From the NCBI GenBank assembly GCA_041659765.1, contig JBAZXR010000001.1:723338-787337 (forward strand): 64,000 nucleotides of DNA, read 5' to 3'. The stretch comes from Patescibacteria group bacterium. GTDB taxonomy: Bacteria; Patescibacteriota; Patescibacteriia; UBA9934. Of the stretch, positions 20,139-29,326 are shown piece by piece; positions within the stretch are counted from its first letter, which is position 1; every line of letters starts with the position of its first letter. Made by a program: the position numbers and the translations under genes. The notes beneath the pieces are model-generated. The model was not told where the DNA came from. It did not search any database and was given only the letters and a program-made list of their open reading frames with translations.

Positions 20139-21279
20139 TGGCCGATCCTTGCTGGACGAACGCCTGACAGGGGTTGGTACATACACACTGAATCTCATCA
20201 CTTCCCTGGCTGAACTGGCTCCCCGGGATGAATTTCTGGTTTTTGTAAGTGGCTCATTTCATACCCGGAACAGAGCACCCATTTTCAAGGCGACGAATAT
20301 TAAGTTAGTCGAGGCCAAGATTCCTAATCGCCTTCTTTCCCTGCTCTTGATTCTTCCCTTGTCACCAATTTCCCTCGATTCTTTCCTCCCGGAACACGTC
20401 GATGCCTGGTTATTCCCCAACCACGATGCCATCGTTACTCACCGACCGTATATATTTACGGTTCATGATTTGAGTTTCATTCATCTTCCACGGTTTTTTT
20501 CTAAAAAAGACAAGCTGGTTCGCAAACTACAGAATATTAAAGCGATCGCAACAGAGGCCAGACACATTCTTACGCCCTCACGGGCGACTGCTGACGACGT
20601 ATCGTCCATCTATCACCTCCCCGCTGAACAAATTACCATCACTCCACTCGGCCTAGACCACACCCATTTTGTCCCCCGCGAACAGCCTTCTGACCGCACT
20701 TTCAGGGCCGCCTATGATCTTAACCGACCGTACATTTTAGCCGCCGCAACGATCGAGCCGCGTAAAAACTTCGAAAGCGTCATCGAGGCCTACGATGCTT
20801 TCCGTTCCCGCGGCGGCGAAGCCTTGCCGCTCGTGATCCTAGGCAAACCAGGATTTGGATTTGAGCGCGTTAAAAAAACCGCCCAAGCGGCCATGTTTGC
20901 GGACGACATCCGCTTCCTTGGTTTTGTCCCTGAAAAACATAAACCTGCGCTCTTCCGCGGAGCTTCATGCTTTCTTTTTCCCTCTTTTTACGAAGGCTTC
21001 GGTCTTCCGGTTCTAGAGGCCATGGCTTCCGGGGTTCCCGTCATCACTTCTTTTACCAGCTCCCTCCCTGAAATTGCCGGAGACGCCGCTCTTTACGTTG
21101 ATCCATTCAATGTCGAGGACCTCACGCGCGCTCTTCAAATACTTTTTGATCCCACAGACGGCAAAACCCTGCGCGACCTGCTCACAAAAAAAGGCATCCA
21201 ACGTTCAAAGCTGTTTACCTGGGAAAAAACCGCTCAAAAAACCCTCCAAGCACTTTGGCAGCTCGAACACAAAAACTAG
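20122..21279 (+). CDS. Glycosyltransferase family 4
   Basis: TVHDL, EPRKN, FPSFYEGFGLPVLEAMASG. Confidence 0.92.
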   Translation: MKIAIDGRSLLDERLTGVGTYTLNLITSLAELAPRDEFLVFVSGSFHTRNRAPIFKATNIKLVEAKIPNRLLSLLLILPLSPISLDSFLPEHVDAWLFPNHDAIVTHRPYIFTVHDLSFIHLPRFFSKKDKLVRKLQNIKAIATEARHILTPSRATADDVSSIYHLPAEQITITPLGLDHTHFVPREQPSDRTFRAAYDLNRPYILAAATIEPRKNFESVIEAYDAFRSRGGEALPLVILGKPGFGFERVKKTAQAAMFADDIRFLGFVPEKHKPALFRGASCFLFPSFYEGFGLPVLEAMASGVPVITSFTSSLPEIAGDAALYVDPFNVEDLTRALQILFDPTDGKTLRDLLTKKGIQRSKLFTWEKTAQKTLQALWQLEHKN

Positions 21280-23153
21280 TTAGCCGCCACAATCCCCTTC
21301 CCCTCGGCAAATTTATCTTCAGGTAGCGCAGTGGTGAGGGCGTCTGCTTCTTTTTCTATTCTATTTGACGTCGTCGAATCCGTGACGCGGAGCGCACTAC
21401 CGGAGAGGATTTTCATGACTTTACCCACGTCTGCTGCGGTGGGAGTGGCTTTAACGTAGAATTTCGCATGAATAACCGCAGCTTCCTTGGTAATGCCAGT
21501 CGCATCGAACCGAACTATGTTTGCGCTCGCATCATACGTTACCTTGCCAAGGTCTGAGGCTACATTACCGGCAAACGTGACGCCAGGAGGAAGCGTGGCC
21601 GTAACCACCAGGTCCTCGAGCGGATGTAGTGCGTGAGGAATAGTCCACATGACTTCAAACGTAGTTCCAGAACCAACGGCCGGTGGCAACGGACCCTCGC
21701 CAATAGGCGCGCCATCCGTTGAAAAATAGTGGGCAGAGGCAGTCAGAGCAACCGCAGCGTTTATATGAACGGTTAGCGGCGATGATTGAATCGTCGAACC
21801 AGCCACAGTCGCGCGGGCGATAACCGTAAAGGTGTCGACATCGGTCGGTGCAAGCTCGGCCTTCACGGGAAACAGTAAGTTGAAGCTCTTTTTATCGGCC
21901 GGGTTTATCACACCTATTTTCTTGGCATCAAATATTACGCCGTCCTTATTCAGCACTCCCCCGTCCAGGCTAGCCTTTGACCAGGTGATTGGAACACCGG
22001 TTCCAGGCTGGAAATCAAGCGTAACAGCCGCATCAGACAGTGGCGTTGTGCCCGTATTTTCTAATCTATAACCAAGCCTGAGCGCGTCGCCAGGCGCAAC
22101 CGAGGTATCGCCTGATAAGCCGTTGCCAACAAGGGTTAAACGAAGCGCACCACCGGAAACGTCCGTCGGAACCATACCGGCCGCCTGCACAAGAGTTTTC
22201 GAGTCTATACCCGTGCCAACTGGCAGGGAAACCTCGGCCTTCATCTGTTCTACGTCCGTCACATCAGAAGCGAACGAACCGCTCACCGTGATTGAAACCT
22301 CCTTACCGGCATCGATATTCTCAAAAGTCCACTTAGGACGCTCACCGGCACTAAAGGTAGGGGTGCTCTTGGCGACCGTAAAACCCGTAGGAGGAGAGAG
22401 AGTGACTACCGCGCCCTTAACGGGGAGCGATCCAGAATTAGTCACCTTAACCACATAGGCCAGGACAGCTCCGGGAGTGGCCTTCTCTGGACCGGTAACA
22501 CCAAGCGCTAGCACGCTTGATTTTGTACTAACAGAGGCCGTAGCAATCTGGGAAAAGTCTGAACTAAAGTTAGCTGGCTTATACCCGGCAATAGCTTGCA
22601 CGGTGTTAGTCGACGGCGTAGTAACGATCCATGTTCCCTCAATGGAAATAACGCCCTTGCCATGGGCAGCCACACTCCCAAGTGTAAAAATAAGTTCCTT
22701 TTCATCAAACGGGACCGGGTCCATTCTTGTAACTATAAAAGACGGCGGCAAATTAACGTTCACCTCTAGCTGAGCGAGCGGGATATTCTCCGGATTCTCA
22801 TACGGCACCTTAATAGTGACCGCCTCCCCACTCTTTATCTCAACTGGCATTTCGACCGCCAACACAAGTGGAGCGTAGCCCTGGTTCATGAACCAACCAC
22901 GGGAAGACAAAACAGTTACAGCAAAAATTAATACGGCCGCGAAGGCCAGCCAGCCGACAATTCTCATTAACCAATAAGTTAAACGTGACCCACCCGGAGT
23001 AACGACGGATAGATCCTCCGGAGATTCGCCATAAATAGCCCGCAACCCTTCATCCATGTCCGCCTCCTTCTCTTGAGTGGACCGAACACGCTCGCCTTTT
23101 CCTGGAGGGACGATCTTTTTTACCGGATGGATATGTATGATCTTCTTGACCAT
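21276..23153 (-). CDS. Membrane-anchored Ig-like (DUF11-like) surface protein
   Basis: Single TM followed by beta-rich repeats; GPLPP.VG..T.F motif common in CPR. Confidence 0.65.
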   Translation of the reverse strand: MVKKIIHIHPVKKIVPPGKGERVRSTQEKEADMDEGLRAIYGESPEDLSVVTPGGSRLTYWLMRIVGWLAFAAVLIFAVTVLSSRGWFMNQGYAPLVLAVEMPVEIKSGEAVTIKVPYENPENIPLAQLEVNVNLPPSFIVTRMDPVPFDEKELIFTLGSVAAHGKGVISIEGTWIVTTPSTNTVQAIAGYKPANFSSDFSQIATASVSTKSSVLALGVTGPEKATPGAVLAYVVKVTNSGSLPVKGAVVTLSPPTGFTVAKSTPTFSAGERPKWTFENIDAGKEVSITVSGSFASDVTDVEQMKAEVSLPVGTGIDSKTLVQAAGMVPTDVSGGALRLTLVGNGLSGDTSVAPGDALRLGYRLENTGTTPLSDAAVTLDFQPGTGVPITWSKASLDGGVLNKDGVIFDAKKIGVINPADKKSFNLLFPVKAELAPTDVDTFTVIARATVAGSTIQSSPLTVHINAAVALTASAHYFSTDGAPIGEGPLPPAVGSGTTFEVMWTIPHALHPLEDLVVTATLPPGVTFAGNVASDLGKVTYDASANIVRFDATGITKEAAVIHAKFYVKATPTAADVGKVMKILSGSALRVTDSTTSNRIEKEADALTTALPEDKFAEGKGIVAAN

Positions 23154-23156
23154 ATC

Positions 23157-25592
23157 TTAGGGCTGGAAAAGCCAACCAAAGAAGGAATCGCGCTCATTAG
23201 TAGCCACGCCAGTGACGTTAGAATTAGCGTCTGAGCTGGTCCAAATAACTTCTACCGCGTGTGGGAGCGAAACCCGCACATCTGTTCGGCGATTTTCTAC
23301 ACCCGACTGTTTTTGAACAAACAATGAGTAAGGGACTGGACTGGTAGCGGCAAACATACCAGTCGCCTTTGCGAGCGAGACTTTGAATGGCAGTTTATAG
23401 GTGAAGGTGACGGTTGAAGAAGTGCCGGGAGCAGTCTGCACCCAGTTGCCAAAGACGGTCTTGCCATTTTCATTCCAAACATCTGTACCGGTAGATTCAT
23501 CCTTGCCTATATCCTGCATGTTAAGCGCCAAATCTTCATCTGTTGAGAGCGGAACATCACTCTTCTTAAAGAGTGCCTCGGCGGGCGGGGTAAAACCGGA
23601 AGCGTTCATGATCTGACTGCCTTCCGGAACATATAAACGTATGTAATCCACGTTATTCACGCCACGGAAGAGCTCGCTCTTCATACCGCGGTGAGTGCGC
23701 GTGACAGTGACCGTATTCACAACAGTTCCGTCTTCGCTGATCTCAACCTCAACATTCGCCTGTTCATCAATCACCCCATCAGTTTTTCCTCCGCCCAAGT
23801 TTGTATCAACAATCATGAGCGAGTCACCCGTAGTCTGCTTCAGGCTACCCGTGAAACCGAGTTTATCCATGGTTGCCTCCAAATCATTCTGCGAGAAATA
23901 CACCATGATGTCTTTTTCCTGCAGACCCTGGCCAACCAAACTCAACACCTTGGTCAAGGTTGGAAAATCAGCATCTGTCACGCGTTTCAAGAGAAGCGGG
24001 GCGAGGTCGCCAATGAAGGCCTTAGGCTTGTTAGCACTCTTGTCGTATTCAAGTTCGACGATCTTTTGAGTTTCAATTAAAAAGTTATCGGCATTGATCG
24101 TTCTCTTGTATTGCGGCATGTCCACCGGTCCAACAATCTTTAAGAGGTCCACAATAAATGAGGCATTAACCGCAATCACCCCGTCCATAGTGGGTCCGCC
24201 AGAATGCTCCTGGAACCAGAGCATCTTCTTAGCCGAAGTGGGAAAATCAGGAAACCAGTTGGCGTCTTGGAACTCCCAGCGCGGACGCAGGAGGTGCATT
24301 GGCCCAGGTGCGGCAACGTATTCGGTTAACTGACCCTGCGCTGAGTACGAACCACCGCCCGGAACCGATAAGCGCTCGATGACTCCGTTTTTTACGTCGA
24401 GTTCTGCGAAACTGCCGACGAATCCGCCAGTCGCTCGAATTTCAGTGTTATTCTGGAAAGCTGCCAGGTATCGGACTTCGCCCTTGCCCCCGAGGATGAT
24501 CGTGAGCGCGTTAGTAAACTGCGTAAACTCATGGAGCGCACTGGCGAGTGCGGGAACGGTCGATTTCAATTCGTGGATTTTTCCGGCGTATTCCTCCGGC
24601 ATTGAGCCTTCATCTATCTTTTGGATTGCTTCAGCTGCCGTAATGACATGCGGTTCCGCACTACCGACATACGTAGAGAGCAAATCAATCTTGTCGACCA
24701 CGGTTAATGACTTCTTGCCTGCAATGTCCTGCCCAGCGAGCGATAAAATCTCCGCCGTGTTAGCTAACTCCTCCCCCGCAGTTGCCAGATGCCGTACTGA
24801 ACTCATGGTCCGCTCAGTCTGAGGAATAACACTGGCCGCCGCGGTCACCACGGCATGCATACTATTCAGCGAATCCTCAGCGTTGGCGAAATCTTCGGCA
24901 GCTTTTGAGAAATCCTTACCGGCAGAAGCAAAATCCTTGCTTGAAAGACTGGTCGCACCTCTCAAGAACGCATCGAGCGCGGTCGAACCATTGCTCTTCA
25001 CGGAATCGGTAGTCGAGCGCACGTTGGCATACACCTGCGCGGCATGGAGCGGCGCAGAAATGAATAGCGCCAAAAGAACAAATGACGCCAGCGCGCGCTT
25101 GGATGAGAAAACTCGAGCGATACGAGCCGTCAGATCAGCCAAAGGAGTAACCGCAGAAAAGACTTCGGCGACCTCTATATCCTCGGTAGCGATAGGGTCG
25201 AGAATGGGAACGGCGATGGTTGTCGGCGCAGTCATCCTGAGCGCTAGCGAAGGATCTGAATGGTAACCAATCAGATTCTTCGTCGCGGAGCTCCTCAGAA
25301 TGACTGAATCTTCGTTCTCTCCTTCTACCGGCACCGCATCTTCCATGAGCTGGTCTCTAAATTCATCAAAAGTAATCGCCAAAGAAACTCCCCCATCTGT
25401 CGCTTCCACCAAATCTGCCTCAGCTGATTCTTCTTCGTCGCCGTCAATTACAAGGCTAGCGCGGAGATCTGCGAGCGGGTCAGAGGTCTCCACGATTTCG
25501 CCGGGACGGGAAAGACGAACAATAAAAGGGGAAACGGTGGAATTACCGCCTCTCCTAATGCGAATTATCTTTTTTCCGTCCTCGTTTATCAC
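23157..25592 (-). CDS. DUF4012 domain protein
   Basis: FQNNTEIRATGGF.GS, DANWFPDFPTSA, DGVIA, N.DYIRLYVP. Confidence 0.85.
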   Translation of the reverse strand: MINEDGKKIIRIRRGGNSTVSPFIVRLSRPGEIVETSDPLADLRASLVIDGDEEESAEADLVEATDGGVSLAITFDEFRDQLMEDAVPVEGENEDSVILRSSATKNLIGYHSDPSLALRMTAPTTIAVPILDPIATEDIEVAEVFSAVTPLADLTARIARVFSSKRALASFVLLALFISAPLHAAQVYANVRSTTDSVKSNGSTALDAFLRGATSLSSKDFASAGKDFSKAAEDFANAEDSLNSMHAVVTAAASVIPQTERTMSSVRHLATAGEELANTAEILSLAGQDIAGKKSLTVVDKIDLLSTYVGSAEPHVITAAEAIQKIDEGSMPEEYAGKIHELKSTVPALASALHEFTQFTNALTIILGGKGEVRYLAAFQNNTEIRATGGFVGSFAELDVKNGVIERLSVPGGGSYSAQGQLTEYVAAPGPMHLLRPRWEFQDANWFPDFPTSAKKMLWFQEHSGGPTMDGVIAVNASFIVDLLKIVGPVDMPQYKRTINADNFLIETQKIVELEYDKSANKPKAFIGDLAPLLLKRVTDADFPTLTKVLSLVGQGLQEKDIMVYFSQNDLEATMDKLGFTGSLKQTTGDSLMIVDTNLGGGKTDGVIDEQANVEVEISEDGTVVNTVTVTRTHRGMKSELFRGVNNVDYIRLYVPEGSQIMNASGFTPPAEALFKKSDVPLSTDEDLALNMQDIGKDESTGTDVWNENGKTVFGNWVQTAPGTSSTVTFTYKLPFKVSLAKATGMFAATSPVPYSLFVQKQSGVENRRTDVRVSLPHAVEVIWTSSDANSNVTGVATNERDSFFGWLFQP
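25229..25306. repeat. Palindromic REP/RPE-like element inserted in-frame in the DUF4012 gene
   Basis: CAGTCATCCTGAGCG..GCGAAGGATCT...AGATTCTTCG...CTCAGAATGACTG; 78 bp. Confidence 0.8.
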
Positions 25593-25594
25593 AG

Positions 25595-26731
25595 TTAGAT
25601 GCGGCGCTGGCCGTAGAGCAAATAAATTTCTAGCGTCTGCCTGGCTGCCTTCTCCCAGCTATACCTTTTAGCAAAATCGGCACCTTTTTCTTTCAAGCCA
25701 GCCCATTTCTCTGGGCGTTCAACCGCGTCCAGCATCACCTTAGCCATGTCATCAGTATCGTCCGGATCAACGTAGCGGACATAGTCTCCCAATACTTCTG
25801 GCATGCTCGACGCGTTGCTGGCCATCACCTTTGTCCCCGCGAGTAATGCTTCGACGGGTGGGATGCCGAACCCTTCGATTCTGGATGGATAAGCCAGCAG
25901 CGCAGCATGGCGATAAAGCGCACCAAGTTCTTCATCAGTTGGTAAATTGAGAAAACGTACTTCCCCGCTGCCGAATCCATACTCAAGCGCGCGCCCCTCA
26001 AGTTTCTTCCCAAACTCATCAAACTTTCCGGCCATGACGAGCTGAATTCCTGGATGACGCGCGTGTGCGCCAGCGAAGGCGTCAAGTAAAGTGTCCAAAT
26101 TCTTGTGCGGATACATGTTGCCCACATAGAGAATGAACGGCTCGACGACTCCGAGATCTCTGAGTGACACTCCTCTACCTTCCAAAGGCGCGTTCACGCC
26201 GTTATGAATCACGCTCACTTTGTTTGGCTTCACGCGAAAGTGCCCCAGAATAGACCTGCGACTCGCCTCTGAAACCGTGATGATGTGGCGAGAACCATGA
26301 ATGGCTTTTTCGAGTACTAGACGGTGGCCAAGCTGCTTGATTCCGTGAACCAATGGCCCGCGTGTTGTCGCCCTGGCGCTCGATGGGTCGTCAAGAAGAA
26401 TCAAATCGTGGATTGTGACGATAAACGGCACGCGAGATAGGACAGGCACGTTCCAGTGCGAATAGTGCATGAAATTGACCTTGGCGTGCGCTATTTCCCT
26501 TGGCATCACCGTCTGCTCCGCAAGCGAATACCAAGGCACGTCAACCATCTTTTTTGAAAAATTCGCCCCAGTGACCACGAACTCGTGGAAGTTTTCTTTT
26601 TTGAGAAAAATAACGTACTCATTTTCATGATCAATCTTTTGCAAATTGTTCACTAATTCTGAGACATAGCGGCCAAGTCCGCCTCCCCCCGTACGTGGAC
26701 CAAAAAATCGTGCGTCTATGCCTATTCGCAT
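25595..26731 (-). CDS. Glycosyltransferase family 4
   Basis: IGIDAR, TIHDL, YVGN.YPHKN, EGFGIPPVEA. Confidence 0.92.
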   Translation of the reverse strand: MRIGIDARFFGPRTGGGGLGRYVSELVNNLQKIDHENEYVIFLKKENFHEFVVTGANFSKKMVDVPWYSLAEQTVMPREIAHAKVNFMHYSHWNVPVLSRVPFIVTIHDLILLDDPSSARATTRGPLVHGIKQLGHRLVLEKAIHGSRHIITVSEASRRSILGHFRVKPNKVSVIHNGVNAPLEGRGVSLRDLGVVEPFILYVGNMYPHKNLDTLLDAFAGAHARHPGIQLVMAGKFDEFGKKLEGRALEYGFGSGEVRFLNLPTDEELGALYRHAALLAYPSRIEGFGIPPVEALLAGTKVMASNASSMPEVLGDYVRYVDPDDTDDMAKVMLDAVERPEKWAGLKEKGADFAKRYSWEKAARQTLEIYLLYGQRRI

Positions 26732-26852
26732 ATCCCCATTTTATCACGGGTGGGGACAAATTGTGTTCAACTTCTATGACAGTGTGAACAAGTCGATTAA
26801 CATTGACCAAGATACAGAATTAAGCTAATATACTTGTCTGTTTGGAGACAAA

Positions 26853-27086
26853 ATGGCCGGCAACAAAACGTACGAGGATCCTCTTTCCGAGAATCACGCC
26901 CTACATCTCAATCTGCTCGTCCCAGCCTTTTCCGTGTTGATAATTATTCTGCTGGCCACATTTTGTTTTATACAGCAACAAAGAATCTACGGCCTACAGG
27001 AGACAGTCGCCGAGCAAACCATCAACGCCGCCGTGCAAGAAAAAGTTCTAGCGGCCTGGAAAAATGGCTGCAAAAAGAACCCCTAG
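26853..27086 (+). CDS. Small single-TM orphan protein
   Basis: Promoter TTGACC-N17-TAATAT, GGAG SD, terminator ~27110-27147. Confidence 0.6.
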   Translation: MAGNKTYEDPLSENHALHLNLLVPAFSVLIIILLATFCFIQQQRIYGLQETVAEQTINAAVQEKVLAAWKNGCKKNP

Positions 27087-27155
27087 CCCGCCCGCGCGCG
27101 GGACAAACTACCCCCTGGACAACATGTCTAGGGGTGCTTCTTTTTTTGCTAATAT

Positions 27156-27208
27156 TAGCTACCATTTAGCTATTTCTGCTTGACAAAAGTCAGAATTTAT
27201 GCTATACT
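27156..27208 (+). promoter_or_regulatory. Strong sigma70 promoter with phased TAGC repeats
   Basis: TAGC-N7-TAGC-N9-TTGACA-N17-TATACT with extended -10 TG. Confidence 0.85.
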
Positions 27209-27277
27209 AGTTATTGTGACTACACACCGCGGCGACCGGGAAATCGATCGTCCCAGGCCGCACAACAGGAGCCAGAG

Positions 27278-27307
27278 GTGGCTAACAACCCCAGAGATGG
27301 TCCGTAA
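27278..27307 (+). CDS. MicroORF MANNPRDGP
   Basis: AGGAG SD 6 nt before GTG; ends R-D-G-P-TAA. Confidence 0.5.
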   Translation: MANNPRDGP

Positions 27308-27379
27308 TGACCAGTGTCTAAACCCTGTTGCAGGCGTTCCACTCGATGGACGCCTAGCACAACCCATCGGAGAGATCTG

Positions 27380-27406
27380 ATGATTCGCGCACGCGATCGA
27401 CCGTAG
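27380..27406 (+). CDS. MicroORF MIRARDRP
   Basis: GGAG SD 7 nt upstream; paralog of 27500-27526. Confidence 0.6.
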   Translation: MIRARDRP

Positions 27407-27499
27407 CGATACGGCCCCCACAAGGGGCAAACCTCCTGCTGCTTGGGCTCTCCAATTGGAGGCCTCAGCACAACCTACTGACGATGATTCGAGGAATCG

Positions 27500-27526
27500 A
27501 TGATTCGCGCACGAGACCAGCCCTAA
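27500..27526 (+). CDS. MicroORF MIRARDQP
   Basis: GAGG SD 5 nt upstream; differs from paralog by synonymous changes plus R>Q. Confidence 0.6.
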   Translation: MIRARDQP

Positions 27527-27806
27527 AAAACCAATAAGTTCCGCAGACCCGGGTAAAACCGGGACCAACGACCCTCCCACAAGAGGGCATTGACTAGGTA
27601 TAGGCTGTAGTGACTGAGCCATTCTATGACGGTTCCAGGCGTCTCGGACCAGCATATCCGAGCTCCTGCCTGAAATCTGCTAAATGGCCACGATCAAGAG
27701 CCCGCCCTAGCTCAAAAACGTAAGACATCAAAGTTGACCCTCGCCCCGCTGATTCGAGCTTCGTCCTATTGAGGACGTGAGCTCATCAGCGGGTGTTGCG
27801 TTTTAA

Positions 27807-28772
27807 TTACTTAAGTCCACTTGCTTTCCGTGCCAATTTATAAATGTTGTACCAAAATTTTGAGATGGGGACATCAAAAGTTCCGGGCATGACTACAACA
27901 TCTGCACCAAAACCTAATTTGAAGCGAGTAATACCATTCCAGGGATGATTCTCGTCGGCGCCGACTGGAGCAATACCCCAAAAGTCGTACATGGTCATTC
28001 CTTTCTCGACGGCGTCTTTGATCAAATGCCAATGGAGTGCGTAGGGCGCCATGACGTTCCTATTTTCGCTACTCGACGCACCATGTAGGTATGTCCGCTG
28101 ACCAAAACTGTCGATCATAAGATTCGCCGCGAGCGCCTTGCCTTCAAAGTCCGCAAAGGCGAAATAGGCCTTGCACTCTCCCCCCTTGAGAACCTTTAGC
28201 ATGTTCAAATATCGGTTCGGTTGATGAAGCGCGAACCCATCCCGCTTAGCCGTGTCCTTCATCAGTTCCATAAACTCGTCGAACGCCTCTTCGCGCGCAA
28301 TCCGAATAGTCACGCCCTTCTTTTCCGCGAGTTTGATGTTGTAACGCGTTTTCGGTTTCATCCGTTCGAGCAGGGTGTCCGGTAAGGCGGGGTTATCAAC
28401 CCCGCTCAAATCGACAATCGCCGTCGTAAACGGATGCCGTTCATGCACCAACGTAGTTCCGGCCAATTTCTTTGGCGGTTCAATCTTCAAAAATGATGCG
28501 CCGGAAAGTTCCTCTATGAGTACGTCGAGTGTGGCCTTAGCCGAAGCGTCCCCAAGAGGACCCTTGGGAATCAAAAAGTAATTTTTGCCGAATCTGAGCG
28601 GCTGTTCGATGCATTGCGCAACTACTGTCCCCTTCTTGGACTCTTCGAAAACTCGCTTAACTTTAAAACCGAGCGACTCTTGAAACTCCCCCCACTCATA
28701 CGACTGCAAAAATCCGCCAAACGGCGGGAGAAAAGGGCGAACTCGATCATTCCACTCTTGCGCTGGCGTCAT
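27807..28772 (-). CDS. FemABX-family peptidoglycan peptidyltransferase
   Basis: FLQSYEWG, KGP, KTRYNI, YLHGAS, YDFWG, FKLGFG. Confidence 0.92.
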   Translation of the reverse strand: MTPAQEWNDRVRPFLPPFGGFLQSYEWGEFQESLGFKVKRVFEESKKGTVVAQCIEQPLRFGKNYFLIPKGPLGDASAKATLDVLIEELSGASFLKIEPPKKLAGTTLVHERHPFTTAIVDLSGVDNPALPDTLLERMKPKTRYNIKLAEKKGVTIRIAREEAFDEFMELMKDTAKRDGFALHQPNRYLNMLKVLKGGECKAYFAFADFEGKALAANLMIDSFGQRTYLHGASSSENRNVMAPYALHWHLIKDAVEKGMTMYDFWGIAPVGADENHPWNGITRFKLGFGADVVVMPGTFDVPISKFWYNIYKLARKASGLK

Positions 28773-28777
28773 AGTGA

Positions 28778-29326
28778 TCACCTCGAAAGCATCTTCAATG
28801 CACATTTTACCTTACTTTCAATAGTCGCGCCGACTACGTGGGGCATGACTTTGCGAATATCATCAGCCGAGTAACCCAAACTTTCTAGTGCCTCAGTCAC
28901 GTCATCGGAATGTTCGGTCTTGCCAGTTGAGTCAGTGTCTACGAGTACACCTTTTAAATCGAGGATAATTTTCTGCGCGGTTTTCTTGCCGACGCCGGAA
29001 ATAGAAGTAAAAAATGACACGTCATCTTGTTGAATATGCTTACGGAGGGCGTCGGATGAAGCGGCCGAAAGAATCTTCTGTCCCATCTTTGGACCAACGC
29101 CCTGCACGTCAGTAAAAATATAAAAAAGCTCTCGTTCGTCCTTTGTTTCAAAGCCGTAAAGATCATGTTTGTCCTCCCTAATCACCTCGGCCACAAAGTA
29201 TTTCACCTTGTCCCCTACTTCATGCTTCGTTCGTGTAATCATGACGCGATAGCCAACACCACCAACGTCTACCACGACAGCATCCGATTCGTGTTCGGCG
29301 AGTATCCCTTCAATGAATGCGATCAT
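28778..29326 (-). CDS. ruvA: Holliday junction branch migration protein RuvA
   Basis: MIAFIEG, VGGVGY, LYGF, GVGPK, GVGKKTA.KI, ALESLGY. Confidence 0.95.
   Translation of the reverse strand: MIAFIEGILAEHESDAVVVDVGGVGYRVMITRTKHEVGDKVKYFVAEVIREDKHDLYGFETKDERELFYIFTDVQGVGPKMGQKILSAASSDALRKHIQQDDVSFFTSISGVGKKTAQKIILDLKGVLVDTDSTGKTEHSDDVTEALESLGYSADDIRKVMPHVVGATIESKVKCALKMLSR

Larger units (their letters stand above)
27215..27800 (+). other. Structured transcript of tandem hairpin/microORF units
   Basis: Bounded by promoter and a long terminal hairpin; about a dozen hairpins; repeated GCACAAC and GATGATTCGCGCACG. Confidence 0.65.

Noticed and set aside
27180-27655. ORF-track calls of 66, 152 and 83 aa
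   Set aside because: One starts inside the -35 box; the others are antisense to a strong promoter and lack start signals
27215-27800. CRISPR array
   Set aside because: Repeats are short, degenerate and irregularly spaced; no cas genes
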